Shown piece after piece: positions 48,224-57,953 of a stretch of 64,000 bases of DNA. The position numbers and the translations under genes are program-made. Below the pieces are notes generated by a model. The model did no database searches. It saw nothing but the letters and a program-made list of their open reading frames with translations, and was not told the origin of the DNA. This stretch comes from Burkholderiales bacterium (lineage in GTDB: Bacteria; Pseudomonadota; Gammaproteobacteria; Burkholderiales; Casimicrobiaceae), in the NCBI GenBank assembly GCA_038239945.1, contig JBBSEG010000001.1:9836-73835 (forward strand), read 5' to 3'. Numbering within the stretch: the first letter of the stretch is position 1; every line of letters begins with the position of its first letter.

Positions 48224-49272
48224 GCCACGAGGGCGGCGGCGGGCGCGTCCGCGTCCGCGTCGGCATGTCGACGCCGCGGCGGCAGGTCGCGCACGGCGTC
48301 GGCAATCGCACGGATGTGCTCGGGCGTGGTGCCGCAGCATCCGCCGACGAGATTGACGAAGCCGCTCGCGGCGAAGTCGCGCAGCAGCCGCGCGGTTTCC
48401 TCCGGGCGCTCGTCGTAGCCCGTGTCGGACATCGGGTTCGGCAGCCCGGCGTTCGGGTAGCAGCAGACGAACGCGTCGGACACGTCCGCGAGCTCCTCGA
48501 TGTACGGGCGCATCAGCGCGGCGCCGAGCGCGCAGTTGAGCCCGACTGCCAGCGGACGGACGTGCCGCACGGCATTCCAGAAGGCCTCGGGGGTCTGCCC
48601 CGACAGCGTCCGCCCGGACGCGTCGGTGATGGTGCCCGAGACAATCACCGGCAGCCGCTGCCCCCGCGCCTCGAACAGCGACTCGATGGCGAAGAGCGCC
48701 GCCTTGGCGTTCAGCGTGTCAAAGACCGTCTCGACCAGCAGGAGATCGACGCCGCCGTCGACCAGTCCTTCGGCCGCCTCGCGATACGCGCCGACCAGCT
48801 CGTCGAAGGTGACGTTGCGCGCGCCCGGATCGTTGACGTCCGGCGAGATCGACGCGGTGCGATTGGTGGGACCGAGCGCGCCGGCGACGTAGCGTGGCCG
48901 CGCGGGCGTGCGCGCGGTGGCGCGGTCCGCGCAGTCGCGCGCGATGCGCGCCGCCGCCGCGTTGATCGCGCGCGCCTGCCCCTCCATCCGGTAATCGGCC
49001 TGCGCAATGCGCGTGGCGCTGAAGGTGTTCGTCTCGACGATGTCGGCGCCGGCCGCGAGGTAGGCATCATGGATGTCGCGCACCGTATCCGGACGGGTGA
49101 GCACGAGGATGTCGTTGTCGCCCGCGAGGTCGACCGGATGCGCGTGGAACGGCCCGCGAAAGTCGCTCTCCGCGAGATGGCACTGCTGGATCATCGTCCC
49201 CATTGCGCCGTCCAGCACGAGGATGCGGCGGCGGAGGAGCGCGGTGATCTCGGCGGTACGGTCGGGCTGCAT
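48220..49272 (-). CDS. metH: Methionine synthase homocysteine-binding domain (split MetH N-terminal part)
   Basis: [37 protein letters not shown]; GTGA overlap with the second part. Confidence 0.93.
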
Positions 49273-49309
49273 GATCGGCGGACTTGCATTCGGCGCGGCG
49301 AAGTCGCAA

Positions 49310-49318
49310 ATTCTAGCA
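49310..49318 (-). promoter_or_regulatory. Putative extended -10 promoter of the metH operon (TG-C-TAGAAT)
   Basis: On the minus strand, about 38 nt upstream of the ATG at 49272. Confidence 0.55.
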
Positions 49319-49439
49319 TCGCGCCTCGGGCGGCATGCCGCGTCGCAGGCATGGCGATGCGGCCGGAATGCATAAGCGTGCCGCTTCGCGCCTGGCGCCG
49401 CCGCCGGCGCTGCGCAACCTCAACGTCGGGTCTTAGGTC

Positions 49440-49826
49440 ATGAAGCATCTCAAGCCGCAGGAAGCGCAGGCGTTTCTCGAGCAGCACCCGCAGGCGGTGC
49501 TGGTCGATTGCCGCAGCGAGATGGAGTACCTGTTTGTGGGCCACCCGAAGGGCGCGCATCACGTCGCCTGGAACGACGGGCCCGACTGGGACGTCAATCC
49601 GCATTTCGTGGGGCAGGTGAAGAAAGTGGCGAGCATGAACCGGCCGGTGGTGCTCATCTGCCGCAGCGGCCAGCGCTCGGTGGCCGCCGGTGTCGAGCTC
49701 GAGAAGGCGGGCTTCGAGGACGTCTACAACGTGCTCGAGGGCTTCGAAGGGCCGCTCGACGACGAGCACCATCGCGGCAGCGTCGGCGGCTGGCGCAAGG
49801 AAAACCTGCCGTGGGAGCAGACTTAG
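49440..49826 (+). CDS. Rhodanese-like domain protein
   Basis: LVDCRSEMEY, GHPKGA, ICRSGQRS, NVLEGFEG, GW. Confidence 0.9.
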   Translation: MKHLKPQEAQAFLEQHPQAVLVDCRSEMEYLFVGHPKGAHHVAWNDGPDWDVNPHFVGQVKKVASMNRPVVLICRSGQRSVAAGVELEKAGFEDVYNVLEGFEGPLDDEHHRGSVGGWRKENLPWEQT

Positions 49827-49843
49827 GCGGCCTGCCGGACGCC

Positions 49844-50581
49844 GTGCACGGCACGCTCGGCGCGCGCTTCGACGACGCCGCGCGTGGCGCGCCCGACGAC
49901 CGCGAGCTGGACTTTTACGCGACCCGCCTGCCGCGAGGCGCCGGCAGCATCCTCGATGCCGCGTGCGGAGCCGGCCGGCTCCTGGTGCCGCTTCTAGCCG
50001 CCGGACACGCCATGCACGGCGCCGCGGCCTCCGCCACGCTGCTCGAGGCGTGCCGGGCACGCGTCGCAGCCGCGGGAGGCACCGCCACCCTCGTGCGCCA
50101 GGACCTCGACGGGCTGAACCTCCCGTTCCGCTATGCGGCGGCGTTCGTCGCGGGTCGCGCCTTCCAGCGGCTGGCCGATCCCGTCGCCGTCCGGGCAGCG
50201 CTGGCGCGCCTGCGCGCGCATCTCATCCAGCCGGGGATCCTGCTCCTCGACCTGCAGGTGCCGTCCCCGGGCGCGCAGCGGCTCGCCGCACCGCTGGTCG
50301 AGCTGCGCACCATGCAACTCGCCGACGGCTCGCACATCACGGTGCGCTCCGAGACGACGATGTACGCCGAGGAGCGGATCGCGCGCTCACGGCACCGCTA
50401 CGTGCACCGGCGCGGCACCACGCGGCTCGCGGAGGAATGGGAGTCGACCAGCATGACGTGGTACGCGCAGGACGAGATCGCCGCGCTGGTGGCCGAAGTT
50501 GGCTTCGAGTCGGTCGAGATCGGACCGCCGGCACGCGCGGCGGATGACGGCGAGGCGTATTCGGTTAGCGCGCGCATCTAA
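49844..50581 (+). CDS. Class I SAM-dependent methyltransferase
   Basis: LDFY, ILDAACGAGR, HLIQPGILLLD. Confidence 0.75.
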   Translation: MHGTLGARFDDAARGAPDDRELDFYATRLPRGAGSILDAACGAGRLLVPLLAAGHAMHGAAASATLLEACRARVAAAGGTATLVRQDLDGLNLPFRYAAAFVAGRAFQRLADPVAVRAALARLRAHLIQPGILLLDLQVPSPGAQRLAAPLVELRTMQLADGSHITVRSETTMYAEERIARSRHRYVHRRGTTRLAEEWESTSMTWYAQDEIAALVAEVGFESVEIGPPARAADDGEAYSVSARI

Positions 50582-50633
50582 AGCCCGGGCCAGCCTCCGC
50601 GCAACGCCCGCGCGACCGGACCCATGCGGCGCG

Positions 50634-51629
50634 TCACCAGCTGCCGGAGCTGCCGCCCCCGCCCGAGCTGCCACCGCCGCCGGAGAACCCGCCGCTGTCG
50701 CCGCTGCTGCCGCCGGACGACCAGCTGCCGCTGCCGCTGGAAATCGTCATGCCGCCCACGGTCGCATGGCCGTGCGCCTTCATCTCGCTCTGCGCCTTCG
50801 CGTACCAAGGCTGGCGCGCGACGATCAGCTTGGCGATCGGAAACGCCACCACGTACGTTCCGAGGGTGATGAGCGCGCCGCGCACGCCGAGCACGACGAT
50901 CGGGAACATCGCCCAGAACGGGATCAGGAACAGGTACAGGAACCAGCCCATGCCGGGCGTCATCACGCCGATGACGGTGAACAGCCCGATGACGCCGAAG
51001 ACGAATGCGCCGAGCAGGATGCGCATCGGCCACGGGGGCAATTCCGTCGTGCCCGAGTCGAATAGCGAAACGGTGGAGGACGCCGGCGCGGCGGCGGCGT
51101 CCGCCGGACCGCTGCGCCCCTCGAGCACGTCGAGGAGCGCGTCCACGCCAGCGCTCACCCCGCGGTCGAAGTCGTTCGCCTTGAACGCGGGCGTCATGAC
51201 GTTGCGGACAATGCGGCCGGCCTGCGCGTCCGTGAGCGTTCCCTCGAGGCCATAGCCGACCTCGATGCGCATCTTGTGGTCGTCGGGCACCACGATCATC
51301 AGCACGCCGTTGTCTTTCGCCTTCTTGCCGAGCTTCCACGCGTCGAACACGGCGGTGGCGTACTGCTCGATCGAATCGCCGCCGATGGTGCGCACCGTGA
51401 GCACGGCGACCTGGTCGGTCGTCTGCGCCTCGTGCGCCTTGAGCTTGGCCGTGATGGCCTCGCGCGTGGCCGGCTTGAGGATCTCCGCGTTGTCCACCAC
51501 GCGCCCCGACAGGTAAGGGACGTCGGCGGCTTGCGCGGCGCCTACCGTAGCGCACACCACGATGCACAATGCCCACAGCGCAGCGAGCCTGATGACGAGG
51601 GGACCAGCGGTGGCGCGCAGCATCGTCAC
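50634..51629 (-). CDS. TPM domain protein (YgcG-like) with Gly/Ser tail
   Basis: GRVVDNAEIL, DNGVL, RIEVGYGLEG, FSGGGGSSGGGGSSGSW. Confidence 0.9.
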   Translation of the reverse strand: MTMLRATAGPLVIRLAALWALCIVVCATVGAAQAADVPYLSGRVVDNAEILKPATREAITAKLKAHEAQTTDQVAVLTVRTIGGDSIEQYATAVFDAWKLGKKAKDNGVLMIVVPDDHKMRIEVGYGLEGTLTDAQAGRIVRNVMTPAFKANDFDRGVSAGVDALLDVLEGRSGPADAAAAPASSTVSLFDSGTTELPPWPMRILLGAFVFGVIGLFTVIGVMTPGMGWFLYLFLIPFWAMFPIVVLGVRGALITLGTYVVAFPIAKLIVARQPWYAKAQSEMKAHGHATVGGMTISSGSGSWSSGGSSGDSGGFSGGGGSSGGGGSSGSW

Positions 51630-52303
51630 GGGCCGGGCGCTTCGATGGGCGCATCCGGAAGCTCGTTGTCCGATCGCTCGTCACCCTGCAGCCGATCGCC
51701 CGACCTCGTCGCGGCGCGGTAGCCGCGCGCGACGAGCAGCGCTTCCAGCCGGTCGAGCGCGGCGCCCAGCGCCTCGGCGCCGTCGCCGCGCGCAAGCCGC
51801 GCGGTAGCCGCGTCCACCACGGCGCGCCAGTCGGCGGCGTCGACATGGCCCGCATAGCCCGAGTCCGCGATGAGCTCCACGCGGCGCTCGAAGCGCGCGA
51901 CCAGCAGCAGCACCGCGGTCCGCGCCCGCGTGCGGGCCAGGTTCCGCTCGAAGAACAGGCACTGCGCGTAGCGCCGGACCCGGACGGCGCGCCGCGCGCC
52001 GCGCACGAACAGGCGCCCGAACTCGGGGACCAGCACCGCGGCGAGCGCGGCGAGGCCGCCGGCACCGAGCACCGGCAGGACGTGCGCCAGCGCGACGTAC
52101 GTGCCCATCCAGTCAGGACGCAGGAGGTCGAGGACGACGACCGCGAGCGCGGCCAGCGCCGTGGCCAGCGCGAACGCGGTCCACGGCGCTTCGGGGTAGG
52201 CATCCGCCCGGCCCACGACGGCGGTGACGACCTGCGCCCCGGTATGCGCCTCGAGCGCGGCGATGCGCGCCTCCAGCGCGAGCTTCTCGGCCGCGCTCAG
52301 CAC
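51626..52303 (-). CDS. TPM domain membrane protein
   Basis: EAHTGAQVV, two TM helices, TRARTAVLL, DNELPD. Confidence 0.82.
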   Translation of the reverse strand: MLSAAEKLALEARIAALEAHTGAQVVTAVVGRADAYPEAPWTAFALATALAALAVVVLDLLRPDWMGTYVALAHVLPVLGAGGLAALAAVLVPEFGRLFVRGARRAVRVRRYAQCLFFERNLARTRARTAVLLLVARFERRVELIADSGYAGHVDAADWRAVVDAATARLARGDGAEALGAALDRLEALLVARGYRAATRSGDRLQGDERSDNELPDAPIEAPGP

Positions 52304-52409
52304 GCGGGCGTCCTCACGCGGCGCGCGCGCATTGACGCCGCACCGCGCGTGTCGCGCGCGGCGAGGGCCGGTTGCGGCGCAGCGAGGGCCGCCTGCGGCG
52401 CAGCGCCGG

Positions 52410-52835
52410 TCAGCTCACCGCGCATGCACCCGCCTTGACGTCGCTGCCGCCGTATTGCGCCTGCAGCTCCTTGATGCGCGCCACCACCGCCTGCTGCGGG
52501 TCGCGCACCACCAGCATGGTCTGCGCAGGCGTAGCCCCGCGCGCATCGAGCCGCCGCTGCGTGAGGAGGCGTCCGAGCGCGAGCGGCTCGAGGTCGGCCA
52601 GCGCGCGCGTCCGCTCGGCGTCTGAGAAGGGCCCCCATTCGAGGCAGACGTCAGCCAGCGACGCGACCTTGCCGGGCCCTAGCGCCGCCACCTGCTGCGG
52701 CGTGAGGATGACGAGCTTGTCGGGGCGCACCTGCTCGCGCAGGCGCACGGCCTCGCCCGATCCGGCGCTGTCGAGCCGGGTGTAGGCGAACAACGTGAGG
52801 TTCGCGACCAGCAGCAGGAGCAGGACCGTGCGCAT
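52410..52835 (-). CDS. Membrane-anchored protein at the usual coaX-adjacent SPOR position (short)
   Basis: MRTVLLLLLVANL, EQVRPDKL, CLEWGPF. Confidence 0.7.
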   Translation of the reverse strand: MRTVLLLLLVANLTLFAYTRLDSAGSGEAVRLREQVRPDKLVILTPQQVAALGPGKVASLADVCLEWGPFSDAERTRALADLEPLALGRLLTQRRLDARGATPAQTMLVVRDPQQAVVARIKELQAQYGGSDVKAGACAVS

Positions 52836-52883
52836 CGACCCTATCCGCGCCTCGCGGGCGCATTGGCGCTTCGCGCCGTGCAG

Positions 52884-53627
52884 CTACGCCGGCTCGGCGG
52901 CAAGCAGGAGGACGCCTTCCAGCACCAGATTATCCACGACCTCCAGCGGTCCGGACACGTAGGGCGCCACCTCGTGCGCGGCCCCGCCCGACAGGTAGCA
53001 TTGCACGGCGCCTTCGTCGAGCCTCACCTTAATGCGGAGCAGCTCGATCGACCCGCAAATCGCGTGGACGGCCCCCGAGAAGATGGCGTCGGCGGTGTTG
53101 GTCGGGAAATGCGCGTAGGTGCCGGTCGGCACCTTCAGCGCCGCCGTGTTGTCGGCGAGCGCCTGCACCATCAGGCGAATCCCGGGCAGGATGAGGCCAC
53201 CCTGGAACACGCCGTCGGCGTCAAGCGCGTCGATGGTGACGGCTGTGCCCGCGTTGACCACGATGCAGGCCGCGCCACCGCTGGTCGCCAGGGCGCGCCG
53301 GCGGGCCGCTACCAGCGAGGCCCACCGGTCGGGCCCGAGCTGGGTCGGACGGGCATACCGGTTGACGACGCCGCCGCCGGCCGGCTCCGCGTGGAGCCAC
53401 TCGACCCCAAGGCGCCAGCGCGCAAGCTGGCCCTCGACGCGCACCCGCGCGGCTTCGCCGGCCACGTTCACCCCGACCGCGCGAGCGGGACGCGGCAGGT
53501 TCTGCCAGTCGCGCAGCGCGAGGGTGCCGATCTCCTGGTTGGGCACGACGCCGCTGGCGAGCCAGCCGCGCGGGTCGTGGAGAGCCCACTTCATCCGGCT
53601 GTTGCCGACGTCGATCACGAGCACCAT
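52884..53627 (-). CDS. coaX: Type III pantothenate kinase
   Basis: IDVGNSRMKW, LGPDRW, NAGTAVTID, GGLILPG, LVLEG. Confidence 0.93.
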   Translation of the reverse strand: MVLVIDVGNSRMKWALHDPRGWLASGVVPNQEIGTLALRDWQNLPRPARAVGVNVAGEAARVRVEGQLARWRLGVEWLHAEPAGGGVVNRYARPTQLGPDRWASLVAARRRALATSGGAACIVVNAGTAVTIDALDADGVFQGGLILPGIRLMVQALADNTAALKVPTGTYAHFPTNTADAIFSGAVHAICGSIELLRIKVRLDEGAVQCYLSGGAAHEVAPYVSGPLEVVDNLVLEGVLLLAAEPA

Positions 53628-53723
53628 GGCTTTAAGGTGCGAACGATGGACCGCAGGCCGGCCGTGACCGGCGGGCGGCGGGGACGTGCGGCGCGGAACG
53701 GAGCGCCGCGGCGACGCCTGGGG

Positions 53724-54812
53724 CTAGGCGCGGCGCAGCGAGATCTCGCCGGCCAGGAACCGTGCCCGGCGCGGCCCGTCGGCGAGCACGAGCGCCCCGG
53801 TGCTGTCCACGCCGGCGACGGTGCCCTTGACGCTGGCGCCATCGGGCAGGAGCAGCTTCACGAGCTTGCCCTGGTAGGCGTGGCGGCGCTGCCACTCGGC
53901 GGCGAACGGCGCGAAGCCGTGCTCGTCGTAGGTCGCAAGCGTCTCGGCGAGCTCGGCCACCAGCCGCGCGAGCAGTCGGTTGCGGTCGATCGGCGGCGCG
54001 CCGCGGCCGGCCACGGCCGTGAGGTCGCTGACCGGCTGGGCGATATCGCGCTTCATGCTGGCCGGCAGGCGCACGTTCAGGCCGACACCCACCACTACGG
54101 TGGAAGGACCGAGCGAGTCGCCGTTTAGCTCGACCAAGATGCCGCCCACCTTCAGGTGCCGGAAGATGAGGTCGTTGGGCCACTTGAGCTCGACGCCGTC
54201 CAGGCCTTCGGCTTCGAGCGCCCGGATGACGGCCACCCCCACCGCGAGCGACGACCCGGCCAGGAACCCCGCGCCGTGCTCGTAACGCCAGCCGAGCGAG
54301 AACGTCAGGCTGCCGCCGGCGACGGCCGTCCAGATGCGGCCGCGGCGGCCGCGCCCGGCGGTCTGCCACTCGGCTGCGAGCAGCGCGCCGTGGATATCGC
54401 GGCGCGAGGAGCGACGCAGAAGCTCCGAGGAGGTCGAATCGACCTGGTCGAGCACTTCGACCGCCAGCGCGGGGCGGGCAGGAATGAGCGGGATGGCGTT
54501 GCCGGGCAGCGCGAGATCGTCGTCGTTCGCGGCGGGCAGTAGCGGGGCCTTGGCGTCCCCCGGAAGCACCTCGACCCCGATGTCGCGAAGGGCTTGGCGC
54601 AGGGCCTCGGCCTCGAGGAAATCGGGCGCGGCGAGCAGTCGGTAGCCCCGGCCGCGCACGCGTTCGAGCGCGAGCCCGGCCGTTTCGGCCTGCTTCAGGA
54701 GCTGCGAAACGCGGGCACGCGTGAGCCCCACCGTCGCGGCGAGGTCTTCGCCCGAGTGGAAGTCGCCGTCCGAGAGCTGGCGCAGGAGCGAGAAACTAAG
54801 AGGAGTAAGCAC
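53724..54812 (-). CDS. birA: Biotin-[acetyl-CoA carboxylase] ligase with HTH
   Basis: LSDGDFHSGE HTH, DSTS, QTAGRGRRGR, KWPND, KVGGIL, GVGLN. Confidence 0.94.
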   Translation of the reverse strand: MLTPLSFSLLRQLSDGDFHSGEDLAATVGLTRARVSQLLKQAETAGLALERVRGRGYRLLAAPDFLEAEALRQALRDIGVEVLPGDAKAPLLPAANDDDLALPGNAIPLIPARPALAVEVLDQVDSTSSELLRRSSRRDIHGALLAAEWQTAGRGRRGRIWTAVAGGSLTFSLGWRYEHGAGFLAGSSLAVGVAVIRALEAEGLDGVELKWPNDLIFRHLKVGGILVELNGDSLGPSTVVVGVGLNVRLPASMKRDIAQPVSDLTAVAGRGAPPIDRNRLLARLVAELAETLATYDEHGFAPFAAEWQRRHAYQGKLVKLLLPDGASVKGTVAGVDSTGALVLADGPRRARFLAGEISLRRA

Positions 54813-54985
54813 TAACAATCAGCTCCTGGGACAAGCGCCGGATTGTAGCCGATCCGGGGCCCCTTTGCACCTGTTTTGCACTGCACGATGCAGGGCAACG
54901 CCCTTTGGATGTGCGGTCGGAACTTACGTTCGCAAGCGGCCGGCACAATTTCGGAACGCCGTCAGGCGGGGTCGCCGATTGAGCG

Positions 54986-56089
54986 CTAGATCACGCCGCG
55001 GCGCAACTGGTCGAGCTCGATCGACTCGAACAGCGCCCGGAAATTGCCTTCGCCGAAGCCCTCGTTGCCCTTGCGCTGGATGATCTCGAAGAAGATGGGG
55101 CCGATGACGGTGCGCGTGAAGATCTGCAGCAGCATTTCGTCCGCCGCGGGCGCGCCGTCGAGCAGGATGCGATTCTCCGCCAGCCGCTGTGCGTCCTCCT
55201 TGTGGCCGGGGAGCCGCGTGGGCAGCGCCTCGTAGTAGGTCTGCGGTGTGTCCTGGAAGGCGACGTCCTGGCGGCGCAGCACCTCGACGGTCGCATAGAT
55301 GTCCTCGGTGCCGAGCGCGACGTGCTGGATGCCCTCGCCCCGGTAGTCGACCAGGTATTCCTGGATCTGGCTCTTGTCGTCGGCGCTTTCGTTGATCGGG
55401 ATGCGGATGCGCCCGCACGGGCTCGTCATCGCCTTGCTCTTGAGCCCCGTGAGCTGGCCCTCGATGTCGAAGTAGCGCACCTCGCGGAAGTTGAACAGGC
55501 GCTCGTAGAACGACGCCCATTCCCCCATCCGGCCGCGGTGCACGTTGTGCGTGAGATGGTCGATGTAGGTGAGCCCCGCGCCGGCCGGATGCTGGTCGAC
55601 CCCGGGCAGCGGCACGAAGTCGATGTCGTAGATCGATACGCCGGTGCCGTTCCCCGCGTAGCGGTCGACCAGATAGATGAGCGAATCGCCGATCCCCTTG
55701 ATGGCCGGGATGTTGAGCTCCATCGGACCCGGGTGCGCCTCCACTCCCCAGGCGCCGTTGGCGACGCAGGTCGCATAGGCCTGCGCCGCGTCCTTTACCC
55801 GGAACGCGATGGCGCAGATGGAGGGGCCGTGCACGCGCGCGAACGATTGCGCGAAGCTGTTCGGCTCGGCGTTGACGACGAAATTGATCTCGCCCTGGCG
55901 GTACAGCAGCACGTCCTTGGCGCGATGGCGGGCGATCGGCCGAAAGCCCATCCCCTCGAACAGCCGGCCGAGCGCTGCCGGGTCGGGCGCCGCGTACTCG
56001 ATGAACTCGAACCCGTCGGTGCCGAGCGGGTTCTCCCAGAGATTGGTCGGCGGATGGGCGGCCACGGCGGCTCCTTGCATGCAGAGCAC
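54986..56089 (-). CDS. hppD: 4-hydroxyphenylpyruvate dioxygenase
   Basis: NPLGTDGFEFIEY, IDHLTHNV, GIQHVAL, FFEIIQRKGNEGFGEGNF. Confidence 0.95.
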   Translation of the reverse strand: MLCMQGAAVAAHPPTNLWENPLGTDGFEFIEYAAPDPAALGRLFEGMGFRPIARHRAKDVLLYRQGEINFVVNAEPNSFAQSFARVHGPSICAIAFRVKDAAQAYATCVANGAWGVEAHPGPMELNIPAIKGIGDSLIYLVDRYAGNGTGVSIYDIDFVPLPGVDQHPAGAGLTYIDHLTHNVHRGRMGEWASFYERLFNFREVRYFDIEGQLTGLKSKAMTSPCGRIRIPINESADDKSQIQEYLVDYRGEGIQHVALGTEDIYATVEVLRRQDVAFQDTPQTYYEALPTRLPGHKEDAQRLAENRILLDGAPAADEMLLQIFTRTVIGPIFFEIIQRKGNEGFGEGNFRALFESIELDQLRRGVI

Positions 56090-56115
56090 GCCATGCTACG
56101 CCGGCTTGACGACGC

Positions 56116-57156
56116 TTAGCCGGCCGCGGACGCGGCGACGGCCTCGGCGACGATGGCCCGTTCGCGCGCAGCGGTCAGTACCTGCTTCCACGCCCCGGCG
56201 TGGTCGCGACAAACCAGCCAAGCCGCCGTGTCCTCGATCGTCGCCGTCAGCGGCCGCGGCGCAAGCCCGGCCTGCAGCGCGGCGCGGCAGTCGAAGCCCA
56301 TGAATCCCGCGCTGTCCGGGTCGCTGGCCGGAATCCACAGCGGCAGGCCGACCCACGGCTCGACGCCCTGCGCGAGCAGCGTCGCGTCGTCGACGTAGAA
56401 GGGCTGCGGTGCCGCCGCGCCGCTCCCGCTGCGCAGCGCGTCGATAAGGTCGCGCATCGTCCAGCGGCCGGCGTCGCTGCAGGCGTTGAACGTGCCGCCG
56501 CGGTTCGCCTCGAGCAGCGCGAGCATGAATGCGGCGAGGTCGCGCGCGTCGATCAACTGGATCGGTCGCTGCGGCGGGCCCGGCACCACCGCCTGCGGAC
56601 CGCGCTCGCCGAGGAGCACCGGGGCCCGGAAGCGCGCGACCCAGTAGCCGAAGCGGTCCGTCGCATCGTAGGGCCCCACGATCAGTCCAGGACGCACGAT
56701 GGTCGCCGCGAGGCCCATCCGCGCGGTCACCGCGGCCTCGCTCGCGGCCTTGAGCGCGCCGTAGTTCGGCAGGATGTCCTCCGTGTCCGGGTCGGCCAGC
56801 GTCGCGAGCGGCGCATGCTCGTCCAGACCGGGGCGCACGGGCGGCGCGTACACCGAGAGCGAGGAGACGAACAGGTAGCGGCCCACTCGGCCCGCCAGCC
56901 GGTCGGCGCCGGCGCCGACGACGCGCGGGACATAGCCGGAGGTATCGACCACCGCGTCCCACTCGCCGCCGTCGAGCCCGCTTAAGCCCGGCGAGCGGAA
57001 CGGATCGCGGTCGCCCGTACGCGCCTCGACGCGCCGGCCCCACGGCACCGGCGCGGTGCCGCGCGTGAACACGGTGACTGCGTGGTCCCGCGCGAGCGCC
57101 GCGTCGACCAAATGGCGGCCCAGGAATCGCGTCCCGCCGAGTACCAGGAGCCTCAC
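56116..57156 (-). CDS. NAD-dependent epimerase/dehydratase family protein
   Basis: GGTRFLG, VDTSGY, FVSSLSVY, YGALK, RPGLIVGP; GTGA overlap. Confidence 0.85.
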   Translation of the reverse strand: MRLLVLGGTRFLGRHLVDAALARDHAVTVFTRGTAPVPWGRRVEARTGDRDPFRSPGLSGLDGGEWDAVVDTSGYVPRVVGAGADRLAGRVGRYLFVSSLSVYAPPVRPGLDEHAPLATLADPDTEDILPNYGALKAASEAAVTARMGLAATIVRPGLIVGPYDATDRFGYWVARFRAPVLLGERGPQAVVPGPPQRPIQLIDARDLAAFMLALLEANRGGTFNACSDAGRWTMRDLIDALRSGSGAAAPQPFYVDDATLLAQGVEPWVGLPLWIPASDPDSAGFMGFDCRAALQAGLAPRPLTATIEDTAAWLVCRDHAGAWKQVLTAARERAIVAEAVAASAAG

Positions 57157-57953
57157 GGCAGCGCCATCTCGCGCAGCAGCGTCGCGTGCAGCTGCGGATC
57201 GCCGCACGCAAGCACGTCGCCGCCTTGCTGGCATGAGTTGCCGCGCCAGTCGCTGACCACGCCGCCGGCCGCCTCGATGAGCGGGATCAGCGCCTGGATG
57301 TCGTAGGCCTGGAGCCCAGTTTCGATGACGATGTCCACGAGTCCCATGGCGAGCAGCGTGTAGCAATAGCAGTCGCCGCCGTAGCGCACCAGCCGCGCGT
57401 CGCGCGTCGCCACCGCGTATGCATGCCGCGTGCGGTCGGTCGAGAAATGGCGCGGATCGGTGGTCGCGACGATCGCCTGACCGCGCGTCGCGCAGCCGCG
57501 CGTTCGCAGCGTGCGTCGCTCGGCGCCGCGCCGCCATTGCGCCGCGCCCCCTGCGACGCCCACGAAGGTCTCGTCCACGAAGGGCTGGTGCGTCACGCCG
57601 AGGACCGGACGCATGCCGTCGTTGAGCGCGATCAGCGTGGCCCAATGCAGCTGCCCGACGATGAAGCTGCGCGTGCCGTCGATGGGATCGATCACCCAGG
57701 TCCATGGCGCGGTGCCTGCCTGCTGCCCGAGCTCCTCGCCGTGGATGCCATGCGTCGGCCAGGCGGCCGCGATGCGCGTGCGGATGGCGGCTTCCGCCGC
57801 GCGGTCGGCCTCGGTCACCGGGTCGTAGCCGCGCGCGCCGCCCTTGTCGGTCACCGCGATGGGAGCACGAAAATGCGGCAGGATGACCGCGCCCGCCGCC
57901 TGCGCCGCGGCGCAGGCGAACGCGACGAACGCGTCGCGCTCGTCCCCGGTCAT
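57153..57953 (-). CDS. hisN: Inositol monophosphatase family, histidinol-phosphatase-like
   Basis: DPVTEAD, GEE, DPIDGT, GGDCY, YDIQAL; TAATG overlap. Confidence 0.75.
   Translation of the reverse strand: MTGDERDAFVAFACAAAQAAGAVILPHFRAPIAVTDKGGARGYDPVTEADRAAEAAIRTRIAAAWPTHGIHGEELGQQAGTAPWTWVIDPIDGTRSFIVGQLHWATLIALNDGMRPVLGVTHQPFVDETFVGVAGGAAQWRRGAERRTLRTRGCATRGQAIVATTDPRHFSTDRTRHAYAVATRDARLVRYGGDCYCYTLLAMGLVDIVIETGLQAYDIQALIPLIEAAGGVVSDWRGNSCQQGGDVLACGDPQLHATLLREMALP

Noticed and set aside
49273-49439. SAH/SAM/cobalamin riboswitch upstream of metH
   Set aside because: Only a GCCAGG fragment resembles the SAH motif; the -10 is about 38 nt from the ATG, leaving no room. An Rfam scan would settle it.
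54842-54870. BirA operator half-site (TTGTAGCC)
   Set aside because: No matching inverted half-site at the expected spacing.
54864-54881. Sigma-54 promoter-like TTGCAC-N5-TTGCA
   Set aside because: Lacks the invariant GG at -24 and would point antisense into hppD.
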